64,000 nucleotides of DNA from Ostrea edulis. Taxonomy: Eukaryota. Shown here one piece after another: positions 14,301-23,999 of the stretch. The notes beneath the pieces were generated by a model. That model had not been told where the DNA came from. It made no database searches and saw only the letters and a list, made by a program, of their open reading frames with translations. The stretch's first letter is position 1, and the number at the start of each line of letters is the position of its first letter. Location: the NCBI RefSeq assembly GCF_947568905.1, contig NC_079172.1, positions 31,620,001-31,684,000 of the forward strand, given 5' to 3'. The position numbers and the translations under genes were made by a program.

Positions 14301-17300
14301 CGCTGTTTCCACTCCGGCCACTCGCTTGGTCGGCTAAAGTCGAACGATTCTGGCGGGTTGAATTTAGGCATAATGGTTCAGAATATCGGAAATGTCACCT
14401 GAAAAACACTTACAGTCTCTAGGCGTTTCCTTACTGTGTTAAGTCTTCTGACACCATGTTTAGTGCGGGAGATCGAGAAACACGTGTGAACAGTCTAACA
14501 AGTTTAATAAAGATGGCAGTCAAACAAAATACAGTGCATTCTGGGAATAGTTCAATACACACATGAAATATCGCGGGAAATTCAAACTGGGAAATAATCT
14601 TTAAATGTATTATGCTATTAATATATTATAAACAGCAGTCTACAACACAGATAAAGATATTGTCAACAGTCTACAACACAGATAAACATATTGTCTGTGA
14701 TGTATAAAGACTTTGTTAGAGATGTATAAAGATTACCTCTGCTCCTGGCTAATTTCTCCTACAACAGCTGAGTACAGTAGAAAGATAAGCACCGCCCACA
14801 TCACTAGTACAGCCAATAGACGGAGGTCTGAGACAGAATCAATGGTTGGCACGCTTCCCATGGACCAATCAAAACACAGCCACCAGGGATTGACAAGTAT
14901 CCAGCAGTTCAATGAATACAGATAATTGTAATTCAGTACCTAAAATGTAATCCAGGAATCCTATCAGTAATCTAGAATCAGTAATCCTATCAGTAATCTA
15001 GAATCAGTAATCCTATCAGTAAACTAGAATCAGAAATTCTAGTAATCCTATATGAGAGTTGTCTGTAAATTTTGTGGACATGTGTCATTTTATGCAACTC
15101 TGGCTTCATGCACTTACAAAATATCCAGTTACCACGTTTGGAATTAACAATGTCCAGTAAAGGTAGACTGCTGTAAATTGGTGAAATATTGCAAAAACCG
15201 CATCAAACCCCAAACAGTCAATCAATCGACCAGTAAGGACATCAGATAATAGCAGGAAATAAAAGAATGAATACAATGATCTACACCTGACATTGTCATA
15301 TCAAACAGAGCGAGGCAGAGCAGTGCAAAAATACTCAAGCAGTAAAATGTGTATGACACTTGGGACCCAGTCGTAAAGTGTATCAGTTTCAAAAATTTGT
15401 AAGAAAAGAGTAATTTTACAAAATTCAAATGTTTCCATGCATTTGTGCAAATTTTTAAGTTCATCACAATATATATAGGCATTTTTGGGCTATTTTGACA
15501 TATGGGTCATGAATTTTATATGGTGAAATGTGGAGCGATTTTAGTAAATGCGGAGAAATGGAGGCCAATTCTTTAGTAATGATTTCTTTTAGTATAATTC
15601 ACACTTCTGAATGCTTTACATTGAGTAATTTAGTACCAAAATTCACTCCAGATAGTACAATGTACCAGATATCATCTTCTAGATCTTTCTGCATGGATAA
15701 TAAACATAGTAGTACGAAGTAACAAACCTCAGGCGTAAACAGTCAAGAATACATTCAGGTTCAACCACTGGAACAATCAATTTTAAACACTACCAGTCTA
15801 ATTAACATTATGAATTTAATGTTGAATATTTACATTTCTAGTGTTTTTGCCTTTGATATCTCTACAAATTGTAATGATAGCCATTTCCTCATAATAGGAT
15901 GCAGTTGTAAACAATATGTGTAGGAATCTTGATAAATATACATTGTAATATGTCTATTTCAATGGCTGGGAGTTCGAACAGAAATGAAATTAGAATATAA
16001 ATATGAAAAAATATATTTCATTTTTGAAAATACATGAAGAAATGAACTGCAATGCTTCCCTCGTAAAAAACTTTTCATGAAGCGTAAAATCAAAATAACT
16101 GGACCTAAATTTTCCTATTTCAAAAAATAAAGAGTTTAAAAAATCAAGTATTAATTTGGTTTGAGAGATAGACCATCAAAATGCATCTGCATTTAAATTG
16201 CCACTCAGTATTACTTATTATGCTCGTTACTGACTGTCTACAGAAAATTTTTCGGGTTGTTAGAGTCAATAAAAAGCTTGGCTTCATCTCACAATCTATA
16301 CCTACATATGATTTCATTGTGCTGCTTCATTGCATTTATGCTATACATATGACAGCGTGCTAACATGCCCTTATCAGCTTCCAAATACCAACTCACTTAT
16401 CCCTAAGTAGTGTATTATTTACAAATACCAACTCACTTACCCTAAGCATTGTATCATTTACAAATGAATGTGGATTAATATCAAACACTTGGAATGTAGG
16501 GGGCGCTGATACTTACCCTAAGTAGTGTATTATTTACAAATGAATGTGGATTATCAAACACTTGGAATGTAGGGGGTGCTGATCCCATCACACGCCATCT
16601 AGTGACAAGAATGGTCACACCGGCAATCACAAGGAACACATGACGCACACATAGACTTTTAAACCATTCCCCCGAGGACTTCTGTAAATAATAAAGATGC
16701 TCAAAACTAAAAATACTAATTACGTTCATTTAAATTCAATGTAAAAAAATATTTTATTGAAAATGAACTCAATTTGGTGACAGACGATTTCTATATACAT
16801 GCATAAACAATGTTTGGTTATAGTTCGTTTGATACTGTTACAATATTGCGGGACCTTTAGACACAGTTTTCAAATCAGACCCATTATTGGCAGTGCAGGG
16901 ACATTCTGTTGCCTGCAATCTCACACTGTATCACTGAACCTCCGGTAATATGATGTAATCTGTCCTCAAAATTCAACAGAGGGTTTAACCTGTGACCTAA
17001 CAACGATTTCATTAAGACACCACTAGAGCAATGATTATAACACTCATCCAACAAATGTAGTGTCCGTATATCACAAATTTCAGAGCAATGAAAACACCAC
17101 CCAACAACAATATGTGGTGTCCTTATATATGTCACAATCAGAGTGATGAAAACACCACCAAACCATAATAATGTATGTGGTGTTCTTATGTCACAACTAA
17201 AGCAACAAGAACACCACCCAACCGCGATATGAAGTGCTTATAAAATCATAAAAGATTTCAGATATCTTCCAGATTTTGCAATACCTTCTTCTGCTACAAT

Positions 17301-18385
17301 TATGGACATATCTTCTGCAATTATTATGAACATATGAAGCAAATATGTTTTTTGATTCCTGCAAACTTTTTGATTTCACAGGATTTTAGCTGTAGATGAA
17401 AACTTCTACAAAACTCTTTTAAAATGTGAGATGTAAAATATGCTGGTCTACATAAATGTGAAGTGCAAAACAAGATGACAATTCACAAACCTGATTTCCT
17501 GTGCTGGGTGAGACATCAGATTTCATGATCCCTTCAGATCTTTTTAACCTCAAGAGTTTTAAAACATCAATTTTACAAATGACTATGATGTCATAGGCAC
17601 TGCAGATACCCTAAAATAAAACACAGCATCATAAAGGCACATGTTTATGTACGAATAATGGCACACAGGAAGACGTCAATGATACAGGCTGTGTGGTTTA
17701 ACATAAGGCATAAATCTCCTCCTACTTTCACATTAACATATTACCGTTGAACTTGCTATCTCCAAGATTGATACCATGGATATGTTGAAGTGAGTTGAAA
17801 GTCCCAACAACAATTTTTTTATGTGTTTTAACCTCAATATCTCAAGCCTTCAGATATTTCTTTTTTCTTATCGGCCCCATCAAGTTTTAGATAACAAGGT
17901 TCGACTGTATCTTTTATTATTTCATAGATCAATATAGATGTCCCGGTATGTGCTTATAAGATCTCTCTTTCCAACTCCCTCCCACACTCTCTCTCTCCCA
18001 ATATCTCTTTCTCTCTCCTAATATCACTTTCTGTCTCTCTCTCTCTCTCTAAATCACTCTGTCTCTATCACTCTCGCTTTCCCAATATTACTGTCCGTTT
18101 GTCTTTCTCTCCCAATATCACTGTCTCTCACCCCCCCTCTCTCTATCCTCTCTCCCCTCTCTATCCCCTGTCTCTCTTTCCCCCTCTCTCTACTTACAAT
18201 GACAGTGATACCCTGTTCTTTACACAGAACGGACAGACCACACAGAATCATACTGATACAGAACCAAGCCATGGAAAACACATCTGGACAATGAAGACTG
18301 CTGTTGGGTTGGGATGAGATTTCTACAAAAAAAACCAAAACACCCTGTAGTTAAACACCAGCCGTCCCTGTGACATTAACATAAC

Positions 18386-18420
<35 letters not shown>

Positions 18421-21400
18421 TCACTTTGGCCCATATCTAAAGACTTTCCATATATATTTGCATGTAAAACCTTAGTCCCTATTATGGCCCAAACTACCCT
18501 TTGCAAACTTGAATCTACACTATGTCAGAAAGCTTTCATGTAAATGTCAACTTCTTTGGCCCAATGGTTCTTGAGAAGAAGATTTTTAAAGCTTTTTCCT
18601 ATATTTGTATGTAAAACTTTGACCCCCCCCCCCCACTTGTGGCCCCATCCTACCCCCTGGGGGCCATGATTTGAACAATCTTGAATCTTCACTATGTCAG
18701 AAAGTTTTCTTGTAAATATCAGATTTTCTGACTCAGTGGTTATTGAGAAAAAGATTTTAACTATATATTTGTATGTAAAACTTTGATCCCCCTTGTGGCC
18801 TCATCCTACCCCCAGGGGCCATGATTTGAACAAACTTGAATCTGCACTATGTCAAAAAGTTTTCATGTAAAAATCAGCTTTTCTGGCTCAGTGGTTCTTG
18901 AGAAGAAGATTTTTCCTATATATTTGTATGTAAAACTTTGATCCCCTATTGTGGCCCCATCCAACCCCCGGAGCCCATGATTTGAACAAACTTGAATCTG
19001 CATTATGTCAGGAAGCTTTCATGTAAATCTCAGCTTTTCTGGCTTAGTGGTTCTTGAGAAGAAGATTTTTAAAGTTTTTCCCTATATATTTGTGTGCAAA
19101 ACTTTGATCCCCCCTTGTGGCCCCATCCTATCCCCGGGGGCCATGATTTGAACAAACTTAAATCTGCACTATGTCAGAAAGTTTTCATGTAAAAATCAGC
19201 TCTTCTGGCTCAGTGGTTCTTGAGAAGAAGATTTTTAAAGATTTTTCCTATATATTTGTATGTAAAACTTTGATCCCCTATTGTGGCCCCATCCAACCCC
19301 CGGGGCCCATGATTTGAACAAACTTGAATCTGCATTATGTCAGGAAGCTTTCATGTAAATCTCAGCTTTTCTGGCTTAGTGGTTCTTAAGAAGAAGATTT
19401 TTAAAGTTTTTCCCTATATATTTGTGTGTAAAACTTGATCCACCCCTTGGGGCCCCATCCTACCACCGGGGGCCATGATTTGAACAAACTTGAATCTGCA
19501 ATATGTCAGGAAGCTTTCAGGTAAATTTCAGTTCTTCTGGCCAAGTGGTTCTTGAGAAGAAGATTTTTAAATGACCCCACCCTATTTTTGCATTTTTGTG
19601 ATTATCTCCCCTTTGAAAGGGACATGGCCCTTCATTTGAACAAACTTGAAAGCCCTTCACCCAAGGATGCTTTTGGCCAAGTTAGGTTGAAATTGGCCCA
19701 GCGGTTCTGGAGAAGAAGTCGAAAATGTGAAAAGTTTACAGACAGACGGACAGACAGACAGACGGACAGACGGACGCCGGACAAAATGTGATCAGAATAG
19801 CTCACTTGAACCTTCGGTTCAGGTGAGCTAAAAACTGTGTTTTGGTGTTTTTTGTGCAGAGATGATTAAAAAAAAAAATGATTTTGTCCCATTCAAAATT
19901 ACGATAAAATAACTTAATTATTCTTACATATATTTCAAAGTAGTAAATTTGACAAATTTTGAATTTGCCCATTCTTATTGACAACAAATATGGAATGAGA
20001 TTGGAAATTTCCTGGTATACTGAATGAATTAAAGGCTTTCTCTTGCAGCAATGTGTGCTGCTGACAATTAATGAAATCCATGCACAAACAGCGATGTCTA
20101 CTGCAGGCGATTCATCACTGATATATATGTACATATATATATATATAATATACTTGACTAGTTTGGTGATATCTTTCTTAGAAATGTTAGATATTGGAGG
20201 CATTGTTACTTCATGAAGTACAGCTTAGTTACCTTGACAACAGGACCTGACATAACATAGAAATGATAGGATGAAGAGTACAGCACACAGTAGATCTGCC
20301 CTTCCAACAATTCCAGCAACCTGTCAACCAATCAAAATCATTCAAATACTACCAACAATCTAAAAAAACAAACATTCGTAATAATTAAGTGTTCATATCA
20401 CTACATTTTAAAGGACTTAGGAAAAATGCCACAATACAGCTCTGATAAAAAAAACCAAGCATTCTGAGAGTATTGCATGACAATATGTAATTCCCTACTG
20501 GTCGCAAAAATTACTGCACCACAACAATATTCAGTAGGTTATGGTAAGGGGGAAAATTGGGGAACCAGGATAGGAATGGTTGCAAATCAGCTACTATTCA
20601 GGTACAAAGACTAGACAAGGAAAATAGACAAATTTATATTAAGGTTTAAGTCTTTAACCAAGTCAATGAACAGTGAAATGTAGGTGACCATGAATAATTT
20701 ACCTACATTGTTGTATTACTATGCTAGAAGTTTGAGTGTAGTAATTTTATCTACAGAAGTAAGAAACTTAGATGTAAACTAATAATCCAAGCTATTTTTC
20801 TACGTCCAAGGGACATAACTAAGTGAAAAATCAACAGACCGTTGAGACAAATTTCGAACTTGACCTATAACTTGTTATAGCAAAGCAATTTAGTACCAAA
20901 TATCAAATAACTCTGCAAGAACAGAGAAAAAAGTGTGGAAAACTGATCTGACGGAGGGTCAGGGAGCGCAAAACCAAAGTCCCCTTCGACTTCTTCGGTA
21001 GGGGACTAAAAAGATGTACAGATTTGTTTCTTTAGGAAAACACTCACAGACTCTGTATGAATGGGGTGAGCAGCAAACAGCACTGCACACAACAGGGATG
21101 CTTTTGGAGCACCAAATATCACTTGTCCTTCTCCATCGCTATGGTAACCAGACTGGACTAATGAAAACATGGCAAGCATGAGCACGCATACCAAGCCATG
21201 AAGGATGATGTTTACAACATGAAATGACATCGGAATGGCACCTCCTGAGAGGAAATAGTTCCATCTGCCAAAAAAAAAAAAGTTTTTGTGAAACTTCCAG
21301 TGAATTATTTCAACCTTGAACAATTAGTGAAACATAACAATGATTTTAATTTATTATAAGTATTTTGATTATAAATTGTAAAGTATTTTGCATGCTGATG

Positions 21401-23134
21401 GTCAGCTGAACAAGAATTGTCGATACAGAACCACGTATATACTGCTCTGTTTTGTTATACTTCTCTTGGACACTCTTGAGAATTTAAGTTCATACAAAAT
21501 ATTTCTGCCATTTTTTCTAAATCTATTTTTTCCTCTCCTCGATATGAAAATTTCTTGCGTGATTTCCGAAATAGGTTTAAATTTTATATCGTAATAATAT
21601 TACCCCAAAAAAACGTACTATATATCGGCCTGATTAGCTCAGCTAGTGGTTAGATTACCTAACTAGTAATGCAAGGATCACAGGTTCGATCCTCGATTGA
21701 TTCCAAGATTTTTCTCCCCTTTTTTGCTACAATAACTTGGTAATGTCCATATCCAACTTTTTGTAATAAAGAAGAGCTGACTTTACATTTTACTTACCAT
21801 ACCTAGGAATTACCAAAATATGTTACATTTAAAACAGACCTGGTAATATACCCCAATATTTTGTAGAAACATTAAATAGGATGTAAGTAAATTGTACCTG
21901 AAATGTGACCAAAAAACTATATACTACTGCAAAATGTCACATATCATCTTAATCTACACCAGGAACTCATAATCCATACTTTCGTGCGCAATATTAGTTA
22001 GAAAACAAGTTATCTGTAAATGATACTTTTCTGGAAATTCCAAGTATTTCTCTGAACAATCACATGAATAATGGTCATTGTTTACATCATAAGACTGGTC
22101 CAATGCCATATTTGTGTCATGTAGAAGTTCAAAATTTTTGTCTCTTAATTGTGAACTAGTCCCCAAATGACCTTGGGTTACATATCTACATGCAGTTGTA
22201 AACAAAAATTAAAGTGCGTATGAATCTTGATAACTATTATTGAGTAGTATATATGTTTATTTTGAAGGCTGAAAATATTCTAACAGAAATGAAAGCAGAA
22301 TGCAAATAAATACAAGAAATTTTTGTTTTGAAAATACATGAGGGAATGAACAGTGGTGCTTAATTCACACCAGCATATTTTCAACAAAATGCTGATGCTT
22401 ATTTATTTCTTATATATTCAAAGCACGTCCTCTGGTCATGAGGAAGCTTTCTGCAGTAGTGTGACGTCCTGTCCATACAATGTCTGTAACAGATAATCAG
22501 AGACACAGATATATGTATGTTTTTTTTAAATTAATTTGTTTTATGTCCTATTTAAGAATTTTTCCACTCATATTGAGAATCACCAGCTGTAGGTGAAGTG
22601 CCCTAAATTTAAGTCTTGGGTTTGACGTGGTTAAAGTACGAGCAATCTCGAACCCTCAACCTTTCGATCATGAAACCAATGCTCCAACCACTGAGCCTCC
22701 ATGACAGATTACATGTACTGTTACACAGACAAACGGAGAGTAACAGAATTCCCTCCCAAAAATTAACTCCCAACGGTCATTATGACAAACCTGAAGGTCA
22801 GCACTGTGAGTGGACGGTAAGACTTGTGACTTGTTTTAGAGTCCAGCTTGTTTCCCCAGAAGTCGTGAATAAACAAGTCTGATAGAGGTGTCTCTGGTTT
22901 AAGGTCATTATTGGACAAAATGGCCTCACTGTCATCAAAGACGAAATCTCCATTGTAACTGTTTATAAAACAGGACACTGCTAATAGGAATACAACACAT
23001 GCTGCTGAGGGGAAGGGGAGAGCAGGCAGGGGCAGACAACTGTCCCATTCCTTCCTGTAAGGGACATTACTCCTGTGGCCCCCATTTTGTTTGCTGCTGC
23101 TGTTATTGTGGCCATTTTGCTTCAGTCTGTTCAT
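2239..23134 (-). CDS. TMTC4: TMTC4-like protein O-mannosyltransferase (multi-TM GT-C domain, DUF1736 region, TPR repeats); 15 coding exons, 2343 nt, 780 aa
   Basis: Exons joined at GT-AG sites with matching phases: 23134-22791, 21264-21048, 20320-20233, 18322-18198, 17610-17491, 16681-16517, 14939-14737, 9896-9725, 9494-9366, 8086-8007, 7456-7349, 6855-6714, 5665-5551, 3562-3374, 2384-2239. TMTC motifs seen: [81 protein letters not shown], then TPRs. The paralog call (4 rather than 1-3) rests on recognition of these motifs. Confidence 0.92.
2700..3258 (-). mobile_element. Host SINE copy (minus strand), split by the 2776-3120 insertion
   Basis: 3126-3258 is the reverse complement of the SINE head and 2700-2775 the reverse complement of its core; removing the insert restores CCCGTGATTCTCACTTCTAAACGTC. 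Confidence 0.7.
2776..3120 (+). mobile_element. tRNA-derived SINE inserted into an oppositely oriented copy of the same family
   Basis: A-box-like and B-box-like head, (CAAT)n tail, TCACT repeated at 2771-2775 and 3121-3125. Confidence 0.75.
3374..3562 (-). CDS. TMTC4: TMTC4 coding exon 14 (TPR)
   Basis: [14 protein letters not shown]...[10 protein letters not shown]...KMYANL; GTAAGG donor. Confidence 0.88.
3629..5550. repeat. 41-43-bp minisatellite, about 45 copies, filling most of TMTC4 intron 13
   Basis: Unit AAATACTGACTAAGCTTTCTGAGTCCTCATTAACCGTGTGAGT; starts at the exon-13 donor. Confidence 0.97.
5551..5665 (-). CDS. TMTC4: TMTC4 coding exon 13 (TPR)
   Basis: [38 protein letters not shown]; GTCAGT donor. 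Confidence 0.9.
5699..5810. repeat. 51-bp tandem duplication (about 2.3 copies) near the exon-13 acceptor
   Basis: CAGTATCCCAATACTTAACATT recurs with period 51. Confidence 0.8.
6198..6716. repeat. About 51-bp minisatellite, about 10 copies, starting at the exon-12 donor
   Basis: Unit AGAATTCCTAAGAGATAAACCTAGTATGATGTCACTCA(T/C)CAGTGTATATAT. Confidence 0.95.
6714..6855 (-). CDS. TMTC4: TMTC4 coding exon 12 (TPR)
   Basis: [14 protein letters not shown]...[11 protein letters not shown]; GTGAGT donor. Confidence 0.9.
7349..7456 (-). CDS. TMTC4: TMTC4 coding exon 11 (TPR)
   Basis: [35 protein letters not shown]. Confidence 0.9.
7496..7700. mobile_element. TA-flanked MITE (Tc1/mariner-like ends)
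   Basis: Terminal inverted TACTGTAAAAGT...ACTTTTACAGTA. Confidence 0.6.
8007..8086 (-). CDS. TMTC4: TMTC4 coding exon 10 (TPR)
   Basis: [26 protein letters not shown]; GTATGT donor. Confidence 0.9.
8114..8290. mobile_element. TA-flanked MITE (Tc1/mariner-like ends)
   Basis: Terminal inverted TACAGTAAAACAC...GTGTTTTACTGTA. Confidence 0.6.
9210..9392. repeat. 44-45-bp tandem repeat (about 4 copies) made of the exon-9 3' end plus its donor
   Basis: Minus-strand unit AAAAACATGCCCCCTAAATGCCAAG|GTATGTATACAACCGGAACC. Confidence 0.88.
9366..9494 (-). CDS. TMTC4: TMTC4 coding exon 9
   Basis: DTRYFLFF...[24 protein letters not shown]; GTATGT donor. Confidence 0.9.
9725..9896 (-). CDS. TMTC4: TMTC4 coding exon 8
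   Basis: [35 protein letters not shown]...YPKM; gttgtag acceptor, GTGAGT donor. Confidence 0.92.
9928..10105 (-). repeat. 3' LTR (178 bp)
   Basis: No difference from 14457-14634 found by eye. Confidence 0.97.
10106..10116 (-). other. Polypurine tract AAGGAAGGAGA
   Basis: Abuts the 3' LTR. Confidence 0.8.
10394..14371 (-). pseudogene. gag-pol polyprotein, single frame, one in-frame TAG at 14140-14138
   Basis: ORFs 14138..14371 and 10394..14107 share a frame ([23 protein letters not shown]). Two CCHC-type knuckles, protease DTGA, RT IIDD, RNase H ADASSFG, integrase HHCC and core. Confidence 0.93.
14441..14456 (-). other. Primer-binding site TGGTGTCAGAAG (tRNA-Leu type)
   Basis: Directly inside the 5' LTR; complementary to a tRNA 3' end CTTCTGACACCA. 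Confidence 0.85.
14457..14634 (-). repeat. 5' LTR (178 bp)
   Basis: TG...CA ends; followed on the minus strand by the PBS. Confidence 0.97.
14737..14939 (-). CDS. TMTC4: TMTC4 coding exon 7
   Basis: [31 protein letters not shown]...QEQR; ttttag acceptor, GTAATC donor. Confidence 0.9.
16385..16583. repeat. Tandem duplication of the exon-6 3' end plus donor (76-bp copy and a further partial copy of about 40 bp)
   Basis: 16435-16510 copies the exon end and donor starting at 16511, including a second AGG|GTAAGT. Confidence 0.88.
16517..16681 (-). CDS. TMTC4: TMTC4 coding exon 6
   Basis: KSSGEW...[28 protein letters not shown]; GTAAGT donor. Confidence 0.9.
17491..17610 (-). CDS. TMTC4: TMTC4 coding exon 5
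   Basis: [13 protein letters not shown]...STGNQ; ttttag acceptor, GTTTGT donor; phase 0 to 0. Confidence 0.85.
18198..18322 (-). CDS. TMTC4: TMTC4 coding exon 4
   Basis: EISSQP...[10 protein letters not shown]; GTAAGT donor. Confidence 0.9.
18386..19833. mobile_element. Non-autonomous Helentron/Helitron-type element (HINE) carrying about 6 satellite units of 156-166 bp
   Basis: 5' AACAAGAGGCCCATGGGCCACATCGCTCACCTGAG, central tandem units, (GACA/GACG)n microsatellite, 3' hairpin with CAGGTGAGC inverted to the 5' GCTCACCTG; resembles oyster Cg170/HindIII-type satellite elements. Confidence 0.85.
20233..20320 (-). CDS. TMTC4: TMTC4 coding exon 3
   Basis: [29 protein letters not shown]; gacag acceptor, GTAACT donor; absent from the ORF track. 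Confidence 0.9.
20700..21008. mobile_element. Short Helitron-type non-autonomous fragment
   Basis: 3' hairpin AGTCCCCTTCGACTTCTTCGGTAGGGGACT followed by AAAA; 5' boundary uncertain. Confidence 0.5.
21048..21264 (-). CDS. TMTC4: TMTC4 coding exon 2
   Basis: WNYFLSGG...AAHPIHTES; tggcag acceptor, GTGAGT donor. Confidence 0.9.
22791..23134 (-). CDS. TMTC4: TMTC4 coding exon 1 (exon begins at 23151; ATG at 23134)
   Basis: MNRLKQ...[14 protein letters not shown]; acceptor ttttcag at 23152, donor GTTTGT at 22790. Confidence 0.9.
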
Positions 23135-23786
23135 GATTCAGTCCTTTCATCCTGAAAAATTACAATAAAAAATCAATATCCTAAAATGTTACAATTAAAA
23201 ATCAAATTATTCTGAAATGAAATGTACATAATTCAATTTTCAATGATTACAATGAGGTCCTATACGTCTGTATATCTGTTAGTTTACATTTGTACAAGTT
23301 CTAGACTCGATCGTTAGTAAATCAAGATTGACTAGAAATTAATTAATCTTAATCAATGTAACTTTTCTCTGATTAATATACAGCCATTCTGTAAATACTA
23401 CTTCTGAGGTTCAATACTATAAAATGATCACTTAATGTACACATGCTTATAAGTGTAATGATATATTTTAATTTCCTTCATGTGTCAGTGCTTGTCATAC
23501 AGCAAGTAAGGTGGGGCCAATAGGTGGAGTAGGGGTTAAGTCTCTTGCATGTGGTGTGGTTTAATCAAATTAACAGTCACCTTGATTACAGCAGTACAGT
23601 AATCCACACTCTCCCGTTAGTTGAAGATTTGAATTAGTCAATAGTGGGCAAAAAGGGAGAACAATGAAAATGTCATTCCTCCATGAACCAAAATTTACAT
23701 TATTTTTAAAGATGCCTGGATATTATCATGATAATGACATGATGACTCATATAATCACAGAGTAAAACAAAACTCTTCTTATCCAT

Positions 23787-23999
23787 CAAATTCAACTGTT
23801 ACAGTAGTGTCAATTGATCCAAGTTCCTACAAATTCAACTGTTACAGTAGTGTCAATTGGTCAGTTCCTACAAATTCAACTGTTACAGTAGTGTCAATTG
23901 GTCAGTTCCTACAAATTCAACTGTTATAGTAGTGTCAATTGGTCAGTTCCTACAAATTCAACTGTTACAGTAGTGTCAATTGGTCAGTTCCTACAAATT
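23787..23999. repeat. 41-bp minisatellite, 5 copies
   Basis: Unit CAAATTCAACTGTTACAGTAGTGTCAATTGGTCAGTTCCTA. Confidence 0.93.

Larger units (their letters stand above)
9928..14634 (-). mobile_element. Full-length Ty3/Gypsy LTR retrotransposon, Mag clade / Steamer-like, 4707 bp, in TMTC4 intron 7
   Basis: Two 178-bp LTRs with TGTTTA...TAAACA ends, 5-bp TSD GCAGT (9923-9927 and 14635-14639), tRNA-Leu-type PBS, PPT, gag-PR-RT-RNH-IN order, no env. Confidence 0.97.

Noticed and set aside
19802-20203. 133-aa minus-strand ORF
   Set aside because: AT-rich intronic sequence between TMTC4 exons 3 and 4, with no motif or splice support.
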